Assembly (NCBI GenBank): GCA_052034625.1
Contig: JBPOII010000005.1
Span: forward strand, 6,417 to 70,416
DNA length: 64,000 nucleotides
Source: Elusimicrobiota bacterium
GTDB taxonomy: Bacteria; Elusimicrobiota; Endomicrobiia; Endomicrobiales; Endomicrobiaceae
Direction: 5' to 3'
The notes under the pieces were generated by a model. That model made no database searches. It was not told where the DNA came from and saw nothing but the letters and a program-made list of their open reading frames with translations. Positions 55,865-64,000 of the stretch are shown piece after piece (position 1 is the stretch's first letter; each line of letters opens with the position of its first letter). Position numbers and translations under genes: made by a program.

Positions 55865-55876
55865 TTAAAGCCTCCA

Positions 55877-56581
55877 TTATTTTGTTACAACGGTTCCGAT
55901 TTTTTCACCATTTAAAACCTTTCTCAAATTCCCGTCTTTATAAAAATCAAAAACAGAAACTGATATCGGCGTATCTAAATTCATACACAATGAAAACGCT
56001 TCTGCATCCATTATTTTAAGGTTTTTATCAACAGCTTCCTTGAAAGTTAAAGTATCGTATTTAACCGCTTTTTTATCTTTTTTCGGATCGGTATTGTATA
56101 TACCGTCAACCTGTGTAGCTTTTAATAAAATGTCGGCACCGATTTCCGCAGCCCTTAAAGCTGCCGTCGTATCGGTAGTAAAGAAAGGGTTACCGGTTCC
56201 ACCTGCAAAGATCACAATATAACCGTTTTCAAGCGATCTTATAACTTTCTCTCTGTTAAAATTTTCAATAAATCCACATACGCCGTATGATGAAAAAACC
56301 CTTGATTTTAAACCTTCTTGTCTTAGAGCATCGTTTAAAGCCATAGCATTTATGACAGTCGCCAACATTCCCATCTTGTCAGCAGTTACTCTGTCCATAT
56401 CTTTTCCGGCACCTCTCCATATATTGCCGGCACCTATGACGACAGCAAGGGTTATAATATTTGCATCAACTGCCGCTTTTATCTCCTTTGCCGTCCGTTT
56501 CAGACTCTCGGAACTTATCGAACTTTTGCCATCCGACAAAGATTCACCTGAAAGTTTTAAAAGTACTCTTTTTGCTGACAT
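55877..56581 (-). CDS. pyrH: UMP kinase
   Basis: The likely start is MSAKRVLLKLSGESL (ATG 56581). The listed 23-codon extension overlaps tsf. GAGNIWRG, TTDTTAALRA and VDGIYNTDP motifs. Confidence 0.95.
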   Translation of the reverse strand: MSAKRVLLKLSGESLSDGKSSISSESLKRTAKEIKAAVDANIITLAVVIGAGNIWRGAGKDMDRVTADKMGMLATVINAMALNDALRQEGLKSRVFSSYGVCGFIENFNREKVIRSLENGYIVIFAGGTGNPFFTTDTTAALRAAEIGADILLKATQVDGIYNTDPKKDKKAVKYDTLTFKEAVDKNLKIMDAEAFSLCMNLDTPISVSVFDFYKDGNLRKVLNGEKIGTVVTK

Positions 56582-56585
56582 TTTA

Positions 56586-57182
56586 TTACTCTTCTCCGAG
56601 TTTAAATCTTGCAAATCTTCTAATAACCATATTTTCACCGGTTTTAGCAATCGTATTTGTTATGAGATCTTTAATTGTTTCTTTACCGGTAGTATCTCTC
56701 ATATATATCTGGTCATAAAGACATACCTGACTGTAAAACTTTTCAAGTTTGCCTTCAATGATCTTATCCCAAACTTTTTCAGGTTTTCCTTCTTCTTTAA
56801 GCTGGGCTTTATATATTTCTTTTTCGGCTTCAATTACGCTTTCAGGAACCTGTTCACGATTTACATAAACAGGTGCTACAGCCGCGATCTGCATAGCGAC
56901 TTCTTTTACCAGATTTTGAAAATCTTCGGTCTTTGCTACAAAGTCGGTTTCACAATTAAGTTCAACCAATACTCCAAGTGTTCCGTTTCCATGTATATAT
57001 GATTGGACGAGTCCTTGCTTTGCACTTCTTCCGGCTCTTTTTACTGCCGTTGCAATTCCTTTCTCTCTAAGCCACTTGGAGGCATTATCTAAATCATTAT
57101 TGTTTTCTTTAAGTGCGTTTCTGCAATCCATTATTCCCGCACCGGTCATTTCTCTAAGTTTGGTAATAAGCTCAGTTGACAT
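56586..57182 (-). CDS. tsf: translation elongation factor Ts (short form)
   Basis: The likely start is [24 protein letters not shown] (ATG 57182, 11-nt overlap with the rpsB end). About 198 aa. Confidence 0.93.
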   Translation of the reverse strand: MSTELITKLREMTGAGIMDCRNALKENNNDLDNASKWLREKGIATAVKRAGRSAKQGLVQSYIHGNGTLGVLVELNCETDFVAKTEDFQNLVKEVAMQIAAVAPVYVNREQVPESVIEAEKEIYKAQLKEEGKPEKVWDKIIEGKLEKFYSQVCLYDQIYMRDTTGKETIKDLITNTIAKTGENMVIRRFARFKLGEE

Positions 57183-57993
57183 TGGCTTCTCCTTCTTCTT
57201 TATTTTCATCTTTCACTTCTTCTACTGCTTCTTCCGCTTCAGAAGCTGAGACTTCTTCTTCTAAAACTTCTTCTGTTACTTCTTCATCAATTCCTTCTTC
57301 TTTTTTATCTCCTACGCCTTTTCCTTCCAAAACCGCATCCGCAACTATTGAACAGAAAAGCTTTACAGCTCTGATAGCATCATCATTTCCCGGAATAGGA
57401 TAATCTACAAGATCAGGATCGCAGTTTGTATCACAGATAGCTACGATAGGAATACCGAGTTTTCTGGCTTCTGAAACTGCTGTTGACTCTTCATTAGGAT
57501 CAATTATAAACATAAGCTCAGGAAGTTTTGTCATCCCTTTCAATCCTTCAAGAGATTTTTCCAGTCTGAGCCTTTCTTTTTCTATCTTGGACTGTTCTTT
57601 TTTAGAAAGAAGAGCTAAAACACCTTCTTCCTTCATTTTTTCAATTTCTTTGTATCTTGCAATAGATTTTTTAAGAGTTTCAAAATTTGTAAGAGTTCCG
57701 CCGAGCCATCTTTCAGAAACAAAATAAGCTCCGCAACGCAAGGCTTCTTCTTTAACCGGAGCTTGCGCCTGTTTTTTAGTTCCTACAAAAATTATTTCTT
57801 TTCCTTCAGAGACAAAATCTCTTACGACTTTGTAGTTTTTCTTCAACTCTTTAAGGGTTTTCTGAAGATCAATGATGTGGATCTTGTTCCTTGTACCGAA
57901 AATATACTTCGCCATTTTCGGATTCCATCTTCTGGTTTGATGTCCAAAATGAACACCGGCTTCCAGTAAAGCCTTCATCGTAATGTTAGCCAT
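57172..57993 (-). CDS. rpsB: 30S ribosomal protein S2 with acidic C-terminal tail
   Basis: 273 aa. [27 protein letters not shown] and [14 protein letters not shown] motifs, plus a Glu-rich ~45 aa tail. AAAGGAGAG RBS. Confidence 0.97.
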   Translation of the reverse strand: MANITMKALLEAGVHFGHQTRRWNPKMAKYIFGTRNKIHIIDLQKTLKELKKNYKVVRDFVSEGKEIIFVGTKKQAQAPVKEEALRCGAYFVSERWLGGTLTNFETLKKSIARYKEIEKMKEEGVLALLSKKEQSKIEKERLRLEKSLEGLKGMTKLPELMFIIDPNEESTAVSEARKLGIPIVAICDTNCDPDLVDYPIPGNDDAIRAVKLFCSIVADAVLEGKGVGDKKEEGIDEEVTEEVLEEEVSASEAEEAVEEVKDENKEEGEANVN

Positions 57994-58137
57994 ACTACTC
58001 TCCTTTGGTTTTACCCCCCGGATTTTACCGGTAGGGTTCCGCTTATGCGGCTTCCGCGGCTTTCGTTATCCAAAACCCTTGCGGGACCTTTGGCAAATCC
58101 AACCGCGTGCTTATTTAATGCGTCTCCGCTTAAATAC
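57994..58137 (-). promoter_or_regulatory. structured GC-rich 5' leader of rpsB-tsf (candidate S2 autoregulatory element)
   Basis: About 145 nt lie between the predicted promoter and the ATG. The leader contains hairpins CCAAA-GGUCCC-GCAA-GGGU-UUUGG and CCGC-AUAA-GCGG, long-range GGAUUU/AAAUCC pairing, and a duplicated CCAAAGG that also forms the SD region. Confidence 0.5.
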
Positions 58138-58143
58138 TTGGAA

Positions 58144-58172
58144 ATTTTATCAAAAAAAACTTTATATTTCAA
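58144..58172 (-). promoter_or_regulatory. sigma70-type promoter for rpsB
   Basis: Minus strand reads TTGAAA-17 nt-TAAAAT. Confidence 0.65.
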
Positions 58173-58178
58173 TATAAA

Positions 58179-58291
58179 TCAATTAAACCTACAATTTCGA
58201 ACATATAAAAGCAATTACTAATGACAAATTACGAATTAAAGACAAAGAAAACGAAAAGCTAAGTATACCTCCGATTAAGACACTCGGAGAT
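58179..58291 (-). repeat. dispersed intergenic element, copy B
   Basis: On the minus strand: hairpin (AU)CUCCGA-loop9-UCGGAG(GU) at 58267-58291, a T-rich run, box ATTCGTAATTTGTCATTAGTAATT (58213-58236) and GGTTTAATTGA (58179-58189). Alignable with 22162-22282 (+). Confidence 0.7.
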
Positions 58292-58309
58292 AATAAAAAA
58301 CAAAAGTTT

Positions 58310-59920
58310 TTATAATATTTTTTTCAGCCACTGCAGGACTTCGGGATTAATGTATGACATTGCCAGCAGTCCTTTTGAAATAGTTATTATAATACTAAAG
58401 ATAATGCTTAGGAAAATAAGAAGCATAATAAAATATCTCCAAAAATATCCAATAACACCTTCATGTCTCTCATTCCAGTAAAATATCATAACAAAAGCCG
58501 GAATTATAAAATACATCGCAAAATCTGCTATATACCTTAATATTCCACCCGCAATGGAAACAACAGAAATAACCATAATACCTGACAGGATTATCATCGC
58601 AGTATATTTTTTTATTTCCACGGATATTTTTTTTGAAGTAAAAAAACCATAACTGCCTATCGCAATAAACAAGAGATACGGAGCCGTATACAAAAGCCCT
58701 ACTAAAGGCTCAATCAGATTTTCTGCGATCACAATTTTACCTGCTAAATAATAAGGGAAAGTGTTAATTGATATCGGAGGAAAAAACAAAAACAGTCGGA
58801 CCGTATAAAAGGAGTCGGCCAAATTAAACTTTCTATTATAGACATCTATCAAGGTCAGTTGAAATTTATGTCCGAATTCAAAGAAAGAATCAAAGCGAAG
58901 ATAATTATATATCATCAAAACAATAGCAAATACTATTAAAGGGATAAAGTAATACAAATATTGAGTATAGTTTTTTTTAATAGTTTTAAAATCAAAAACT
59001 AAAGGTATTTGAAACAAAACTATCAATGCATAAAAAGGTCTACAACCTACGGAAAGGGCTATTGAAAGACCGGCTGCAAACAAGAAAAACCTTTTTTTTA
59101 CGGCACTTTCCGCTTCACTGTAAAAAAGAAGCATCAAAAATGAAAGCAAAACAAAAAAGAGCCCGACTATTATCGCAACTTCATAAACCCTTGGAAGCGT
59201 TATAAGATATCCAAAAGCAGATGAGAACCCTACAGCAAGTATGGTAAGAACGATAAGCAGAAAATCTTTGTTTTTTGAGATAGTATCCAGAATTTTTTTT
59301 AAGATCATAAGCGAAACAAGAAAAGAGAGAATTGAAAAAGCTAGGACGACAAGGGAATCAGTTATAAAATATTTTGTCAGAATATTAAACGGCAGATATA
59401 CTATAAGAATCGGGGTGATTCCAAAATACAAATAATATTTATCTTTATAAAAACTCAAGTCTAGTATATAATCAAATTTTTCTAAGGAAAGTTTATTGTT
59501 TAACTCAGCACTGTCATACGGATTATCCAATGCTTTGAGTTTTTCAGAAGGTTCTATTAAAAAACTAACCTTGCCTTTTTTCAGGGAAGCAGTCATAAAA
59601 TTATAATAATTCCATCCTGTATAATTTACTATAGCAGGATCCTTATCAGGTAGTATCATCCCAGGATAAAAACCAGAAAAAGATATGAAAATATAAAAAA
59701 AGATAACAGATAATATAGGTATGCCTATTAAAATTTTTCTTATATTTAATCTATCTTTAAATATAAAAAAAAGACAGTACAGCAGTGTAATGAATATTGT
59801 TATATAAATTATAAGCTTAAGCAAATTAGAATATACAATATAAGAAGTGAAAGCTGCCAGAAAAAAAAGCAGAAGCTGCGAATGTCGTGTGATAATATTC
59901 TTTATTTTATTATTTATCAT
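58310..59920 (-). CDS. polytopic membrane protein, possible GT-C-fold glycosyltransferase
   Basis: 536 aa with at least 12 hydrophobic helices. DLSFYKDKYYLYFGITP resembles the D..(Y/F).GK.Y..(K/F)(P/G)P loop motif of ArnT/PMT-like enzymes. The assignment is tentative. Confidence 0.4.
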   Translation of the reverse strand: MINNKIKNIITRHSQLLLFFLAAFTSYIVYSNLLKLIIYITIFITLLYCLFFIFKDRLNIRKILIGIPILSVIFFYIFISFSGFYPGMILPDKDPAIVNYTGWNYYNFMTASLKKGKVSFLIEPSEKLKALDNPYDSAELNNKLSLEKFDYILDLSFYKDKYYLYFGITPILIVYLPFNILTKYFITDSLVVLAFSILSFLVSLMILKKILDTISKNKDFLLIVLTILAVGFSSAFGYLITLPRVYEVAIIVGLFFVLLSFLMLLFYSEAESAVKKRFFLFAAGLSIALSVGCRPFYALIVLFQIPLVFDFKTIKKNYTQYLYYFIPLIVFAIVLMIYNYLRFDSFFEFGHKFQLTLIDVYNRKFNLADSFYTVRLFLFFPPISINTFPYYLAGKIVIAENLIEPLVGLLYTAPYLLFIAIGSYGFFTSKKISVEIKKYTAMIILSGIMVISVVSIAGGILRYIADFAMYFIIPAFVMIFYWNERHEGVIGYFWRYFIMLLIFLSIIFSIIITISKGLLAMSYINPEVLQWLKKIL

Positions 59921-60031
59921 AATTTTTTTGATAACGGCAGACGATTATTTTAAATTATACCATAAAAATATTCTTCTCTATTAGGATCGCATTTGAACTT
60001 ATCATCAAACAGGATTCGGTAGAGTTTCCCT

Positions 60032-61672
60032 TTATCTATCTAAACTATTATTTTTGACGGATAAAAAAACAGTTACCTGAGTTTTTGCAAAAAATGGTTT
60101 CAGGTCTGAATAGTTCGATTTTTTGAGAACAGCACGGATGCTGTCTATCGCGGCAGCGCTTGTGGCGTAGTTGACCAAGAATATTATCTCGTCCCGAACA
60201 ATATCTTTTTGTTGCAAAATCATATTAAGTTCTCTTTCGGGTTCTTTGTCTAAGATTATAAAATTTTCCATTTGTGATAAATCATAAACAAACCCTGAAA
60301 ATCTTAAAAGCGCATATGAGTCAGGGTTGTCATTTATGCCGATCACGAGTGCGTTCTTATACTCTGTGATAGAAGGATCATCAGTATAAAGCCATATAAT
60401 ATCCCTATTTTCAAAAAACGGGGCCGCAGTAAAAACTATTATCAAGGCAACAAGAATAAACTTCTTTTTTAGATTTTTTGAAAAAAAGAAATTGACGAAC
60501 TCACTAATTAAAAATATAAAACAAATTGCTGCTATGGGATAAGCCGGCCATAAATATCTTGTATCATACCAGTTCCGGTAAACAAGGAATTGCCAGCTTA
60601 TAAATATAAATAAAATACCTATAAAAGGGATTGTTGTAAAAAAATTTAATTTCACAATATACTTTTTATCTATAAGGTACTTTATGCACAAAAAGATAAT
60701 AAATGCCAAAACAGCCCAAAAAACAATCTTGCCCGCAGCCCCTCCGACAGTTTGTAACAGCCAAACTGATAAAGATACATATGCATTTTTCAAAATTTCA
60801 TCAAATACAAATATCTTGCGATACCCTATCATATTACTGGTAAACAATCCATAAATAATTTTGATTATAGTTGGATAGCACAAACAAGCTGTTAGAAACG
60901 ATGCAAGCACAGACAAGAGAGATTTCAATAAATCTTTATATCTTTTTTCTATCAAAAGAAATATAAAAAAACAAAATAAGACCATTACCGTAAAAATAAA
61001 AAAATAATAGTGGGTAAGAATACCGCAAAAGATGGTAAAATACAGAAGAAATAAATCAGTATTGCTCATACTTTTTTTGTATGCTGCCCTAAAAACACAA
61101 AATGTCAGCAAAACAAAAACACAGGCAAGAAATGCATAAGGTCTGAAAATTAAAACACTATTTATTGCTCCCGTCGAAAATCCCCATAAAACATTAACAA
61201 GCAAAGCTTGATACCGATCAAATATAAAACAAGAAGCATTATACAGCAGTATGCTTGTAAGAATAAAAAAAAGAAGATTTAACAAAACTCCGGGATATAT
61301 ACTAAAATTATCTGAAAAGAAAGAGTAAACAGCATAGCTGATATGAACTGAAAAGAAGTATGCAGGAACATGCATCTTATCTGAAAGTAAATTTCTTTTT
61401 ACAAAACCGAATTTAAAACGTTCACCATCATCTACAGTAATAGCTGATTTTAAATCTTTTCCTGAATAAAATCTGCCGACTTCCAAAAATTCCAAATAAT
61501 TTGTCTGAGTCATTTCAGAATTGTTCGCAGTCAAAAGAGTTCCGATTTCATCCATATAAAAATTCTTTTTTTTGTCTGCATAATAAAAAACAAGAAGACT
61601 TTGGGCTAAAATTATAAAAGTAAGCAATACTGCAGGAGTAAAAAAACGAATATTTTTAAAACTTTTAATCAT
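60032..61672 (-). CDS. polytopic membrane protein, probable GT-C-fold (ArnT/PMT-like) glycosyltransferase
   Basis: 546 aa. An acidic DE motif (FYMDEIGT) follows TM1 directly, about 12 TMs are predicted, and a soluble C-terminal ~110 aa domain is present. The start overlaps the murA stop by 8 nt. Confidence 0.45.
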   Translation of the reverse strand: MIKSFKNIRFFTPAVLLTFIILAQSLLVFYYADKKKNFYMDEIGTLLTANNSEMTQTNYLEFLEVGRFYSGKDLKSAITVDDGERFKFGFVKRNLLSDKMHVPAYFFSVHISYAVYSFFSDNFSIYPGVLLNLLFFILTSILLYNASCFIFDRYQALLVNVLWGFSTGAINSVLIFRPYAFLACVFVLLTFCVFRAAYKKSMSNTDLFLLYFTIFCGILTHYYFFIFTVMVLFCFFIFLLIEKRYKDLLKSLLSVLASFLTACLCYPTIIKIIYGLFTSNMIGYRKIFVFDEILKNAYVSLSVWLLQTVGGAAGKIVFWAVLAFIIFLCIKYLIDKKYIVKLNFFTTIPFIGILFIFISWQFLVYRNWYDTRYLWPAYPIAAICFIFLISEFVNFFFSKNLKKKFILVALIIVFTAAPFFENRDIIWLYTDDPSITEYKNALVIGINDNPDSYALLRFSGFVYDLSQMENFIILDKEPERELNMILQQKDIVRDEIIFLVNYATSAAAIDSIRAVLKKSNYSDLKPFFAKTQVTVFLSVKNNSLDR

Positions 61673-62924
61673 TTTTTACTCTTTTTATATCAGCACCGAG
61701 TTTTTTAAATTTTTTCTCAAGCATATCATATCCTCTGTCCAAATGATATATTCTTGAGATTACCGTTGTTCCCTCTGCCGCAAGACCTGCAAGCACCAGC
61801 GCCGCACCGGCACGCAAGTCAGAAACCATTACCGGAGCACCTGAAAGTTTTTCAACACCGATAATATTTACAATTTTGCCGTCAACGACAAGATTTGCTC
61901 CAAATCTCTGCAATTCGGCAACATGCAGAAATCTGTTTTCAAAAACATTTTCCTTCACACACGATTTTCCTTTTAAAAGACACATCAAAGCCATCCACTG
62001 TGCCTGAACATCTGTAGGAAATCCGGGATATACTTCAGTACTTATATCTTGCGGTTTAAGTTCTTTTATCCATTTTGCACGTATAGAATCTTTTGTTTCT
62101 TTAATATCCAAACCGCTTTTTTTAAGTTTATCCGTAATTGATTTAATATGCTCCGGAATAATATTTTTAACGACAATATCGCCTTTTGTTATGGCAGCAG
62201 CGATTATATAGGTTGCGGCCTCTATCCTGTCCGGTATAACACTGTGCGTAAAGCCATGAAGTTTTTCAACACCCTCTATAGTGATAGTTTTTGTGCCTGC
62301 ACCAGAAATTTTTGCCCCCATCTTTTTGAGTACTTCGGCAAGATCTTCAATTTCAGGTTCTCTTGCTGCATTTTTTATTCTGGTAATACCTTTTGCAAGC
62401 ACTGCCGCAAGCATAATATTTTCAGTAGCTCCGACACTTGGAAATCTAAATTCAATGTCGGCTCCCTTAAGACCGTCTTCACATACTGTCTTTACATAAC
62501 CGCCTTCCATATTGATAGAAGCACCTAAAAGTTTAAAGGCTTCAAGATGAATATCTATAGGTCTTGCTCCTATAGCACATCCACCCGGAAGAGATACATC
62601 AACCTTATTTAGTCTTGCCAAAAGAGGACCCATAATCAAAACGCTTGCCCGCATTTTTCTTACAAGGTCATACGGCGCTATGTGTTTATATTTACCTGAA
62701 GTGTAAGCTTTTACTGTATTGCCTTCTTTTACAGTCTTTTTCCCGATAAAATTAAGAAAAGCTATAGTAGTCTTTATATCTGCAAGAGAAGGAACATTTT
62801 TTATCATTACCGGCTCATCTGTAAGCAAAGAGGCAAAAAGAATAGGAAGTGCTGAGTTTTTTGATCCGGATATTTTTACATCGCCTTTTAATTTTTTTCC
62901 GCCGCGTATTACAATTTTATCCAT
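61665..62924 (-). CDS. murA: UDP-N-acetylglucosamine 1-carboxyvinyltransferase
   Basis: 419 aa. ISGSKNSALPIL, LPGGCAIGARPID (active-site Cys) and HLDRGY motifs. Confidence 0.97.
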   Translation of the reverse strand: MDKIVIRGGKKLKGDVKISGSKNSALPILFASLLTDEPVMIKNVPSLADIKTTIAFLNFIGKKTVKEGNTVKAYTSGKYKHIAPYDLVRKMRASVLIMGPLLARLNKVDVSLPGGCAIGARPIDIHLEAFKLLGASINMEGGYVKTVCEDGLKGADIEFRFPSVGATENIMLAAVLAKGITRIKNAAREPEIEDLAEVLKKMGAKISGAGTKTITIEGVEKLHGFTHSVIPDRIEAATYIIAAAITKGDIVVKNIIPEHIKSITDKLKKSGLDIKETKDSIRAKWIKELKPQDISTEVYPGFPTDVQAQWMALMCLLKGKSCVKENVFENRFLHVAELQRFGANLVVDGKIVNIIGVEKLSGAPVMVSDLRAGAALVLAGLAAEGTTVISRIYHLDRGYDMLEKKFKKLGADIKRVKND

Positions 62925-62934
62925 TTGATTTCCT

Positions 62935-63783
62935 TTAGATTTTAGCTTTTAGGATCCTGGGTAATCCTGAATAATCCTTTATTATCTCAACTGTCCGAAA
63001 TCCATATTCCCTAAAAATATCTTTTATTTTATCTGCTATATTAGAATTTAGTTCAACGAAAACATAACCTTCAAAGTTCAGAAAATTCCTCGAATCCCGA
63101 GCTATCATATCATAAAAAAATAAGCCATCCTCGCCGGCTATCAGTGCCGTCTTAGGTTCATATTTAAGTTCACGTGCAGCTTTAGAATACTCCTCTTGCG
63201 TTAGATACGGAGGATTAGAAACAATTATATCAAATTTTTCAATATCAAATTTTTCAAACATATCGCTCTCAATAAAAGTAATGCCGTCAGCTTCATTAAT
63301 AAGAGCATTTTCTTTTGCTGTTTCTAAAGCATTGATACTTATGTCCGATGCAGTTATACTCTCAAAAACTCCTGATCTTGCAAGACTTACGGCAATACAA
63401 CCTGAACCGGTGCAAAGATCAAGTGCGGTTTCAAATTTATGTTCTTTTGAGGTTTCCAAAACATTTTCTACCATAAGTTCAGTTTCAGGACGAGGGATCA
63501 AAACATTTTCATTAACTTTGAATTCATAATGCATAAAACCGCAAAAACCTGTTATATAGGCAACAGGTTCGCGTTTTATGCGTCTTTCAATATATTCATT
63601 AAAAAGAGATATCTCGGCATATGTAGCTTTAAGATATCTTATTAGAGCGAGTTTTGAGCGTTTGATCTGCAAAACAGAGCTTAACAAAACTTCCGCATCA
63701 GACCTTGCTTCTTCAATATTATTTGATTTTAAGATTTGTTCTGCTGTTTTAAGAAGGGTAAATATATTTGTGCCGTCAAGCAT
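62935..63783 (-). CDS. prmC: peptide chain release factor N(5)-glutamine methyltransferase
   Basis: 282 aa. SAM motif [11 protein letters not shown] and catalytic IVSNPPY. Confidence 0.93.
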   Translation of the reverse strand: MLDGTNIFTLLKTAEQILKSNNIEEARSDAEVLLSSVLQIKRSKLALIRYLKATYAEISLFNEYIERRIKREPVAYITGFCGFMHYEFKVNENVLIPRPETELMVENVLETSKEHKFETALDLCTGSGCIAVSLARSGVFESITASDISINALETAKENALINEADGITFIESDMFEKFDIEKFDIIVSNPPYLTQEEYSKAARELKYEPKTALIAGEDGLFFYDMIARDSRNFLNFEGYVFVELNSNIADKIKDIFREYGFRTVEIIKDYSGLPRILKAKI

Positions 63784-64000
63784 TGTTATCCTTAAGTTTT
63801 GCTTCGGTATCTGCTTCTATAAGCTTATTTACAAGTTCAGAAAGATCTCCATCCATAACTTCATTAATATTATAGACGCTAAAACCTATTCTGTGATCTG
63901 TTATTCTATTTTGAGGGAAATTATAAGTTCTGATCTTTTCAGAGCGGTCTCCGCTGCCGACCTGTTGTTTTCTTTCACTTGAGAGCTGTTTTTCATGTTC
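63776..64000 (-). CDS. prfA: peptide chain release factor 1, C-terminal 74 codons (N-terminus beyond the right window edge)
   Basis: Manual translation gives ...[33 protein letters not shown]...KLKDNNA*. The stop overlaps the prmC ATG (ATGCTTGA). It is not in the ORF track because it is truncated. Confidence 0.9.
   Translation of the reverse strand, partial: EHEKQLSSERKQQVGSGDRSEKIRTYNFPQNRITDHRIGFSVYNINEVMDGDLSELVNKLIEADTEAKLKDNNA

Noticed and set aside
56352-57002. 216-aa plus-strand ORF. Similar long antisense ORFs occur at 30008..30526, 40830..41348, 48630..49172, 53199..53678, 45079..45537
   Set aside because: All are shadow ORFs on the opposite strand of strongly supported conserved genes (pyrH/tsf, murG, the Zn-ribbon gene, proS, dxr, the secretin). 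Their Ser/Phe/Ile-rich low-complexity translations are typical of antisense frames in AT-rich genomes.
57983-58177. 64-aa plus-strand ORF upstream of rpsB
   Set aside because: It lies antisense to the rpsB leader and promoter. The Arg/Phe/Leu-rich translation is an artefact of the GC-rich leader.
1-64000. Search for CRISPR arrays, IS elements/transposases, integrases, prophage genes, toxin-antitoxin pairs and rRNA operons
   Set aside because: No regularly spaced direct repeats were seen, no recombinase-like ORFs, and no rRNA-like GC-rich blocks. The only repeated noncoding sequence is the two-copy hairpin/box element reported above.

Overview
AT-rich (about one-third G+C by eye) chromosomal segment from a diderm bacterium. 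The lineage cannot be assigned from this sequence alone. About 60 genes are present, almost all on the minus strand and tightly packed, with many ATGA or TAATG stop/start overlaps. From right to left the window holds: prfA(partial)-prmC-murA; two polytopic GT-C-like membrane proteins; a long housekeeping array (rpsB-tsf-pyrH-frr-[unlisted ferredoxin]-uppS-cdsA-dxr-rseP-ispG-greA-proS-lpdA-gcvT); an orphan mini-secretin, pilin, TadE-like and TadG-like block translationally coupled to gcvT; rfbA; two tRNAs; a Zn-ribbon coiled-coil gene; RNase P RNA; a dcw block (rsmH-ftsL-ftsI-murE-murF-mraY-murD-ftsW-murG); surE-uvrB; a plus-strand LPS/lipid A modification operon (GT9, GT2, GT-C::PAP2 fusion); initiator tRNA; a PorV-like OMP operon; and two paralogous giant ORFs that bracket glnA and a PhoH2-PHP pair. 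One giant ORF is complete at 2,363 aa. The other is at least 1,963 aa, runs off the left edge, and is absent from the supplied ORF track. The features I rate most interesting are the two giant mosaic proteins, the minimal secretin/pseudopilin cluster, the GT-C::PAP2 fusion, a dispersed ~115-120 nt hairpin-plus-box element found upstream of two unrelated genes, a structured rpsB leader, and an unlisted 57-aa 2x[4Fe-4S] ferredoxin. No CRISPR array, transposase, integrase or rRNA was seen. All domain calls come from motifs read by eye, because no searches could be run.
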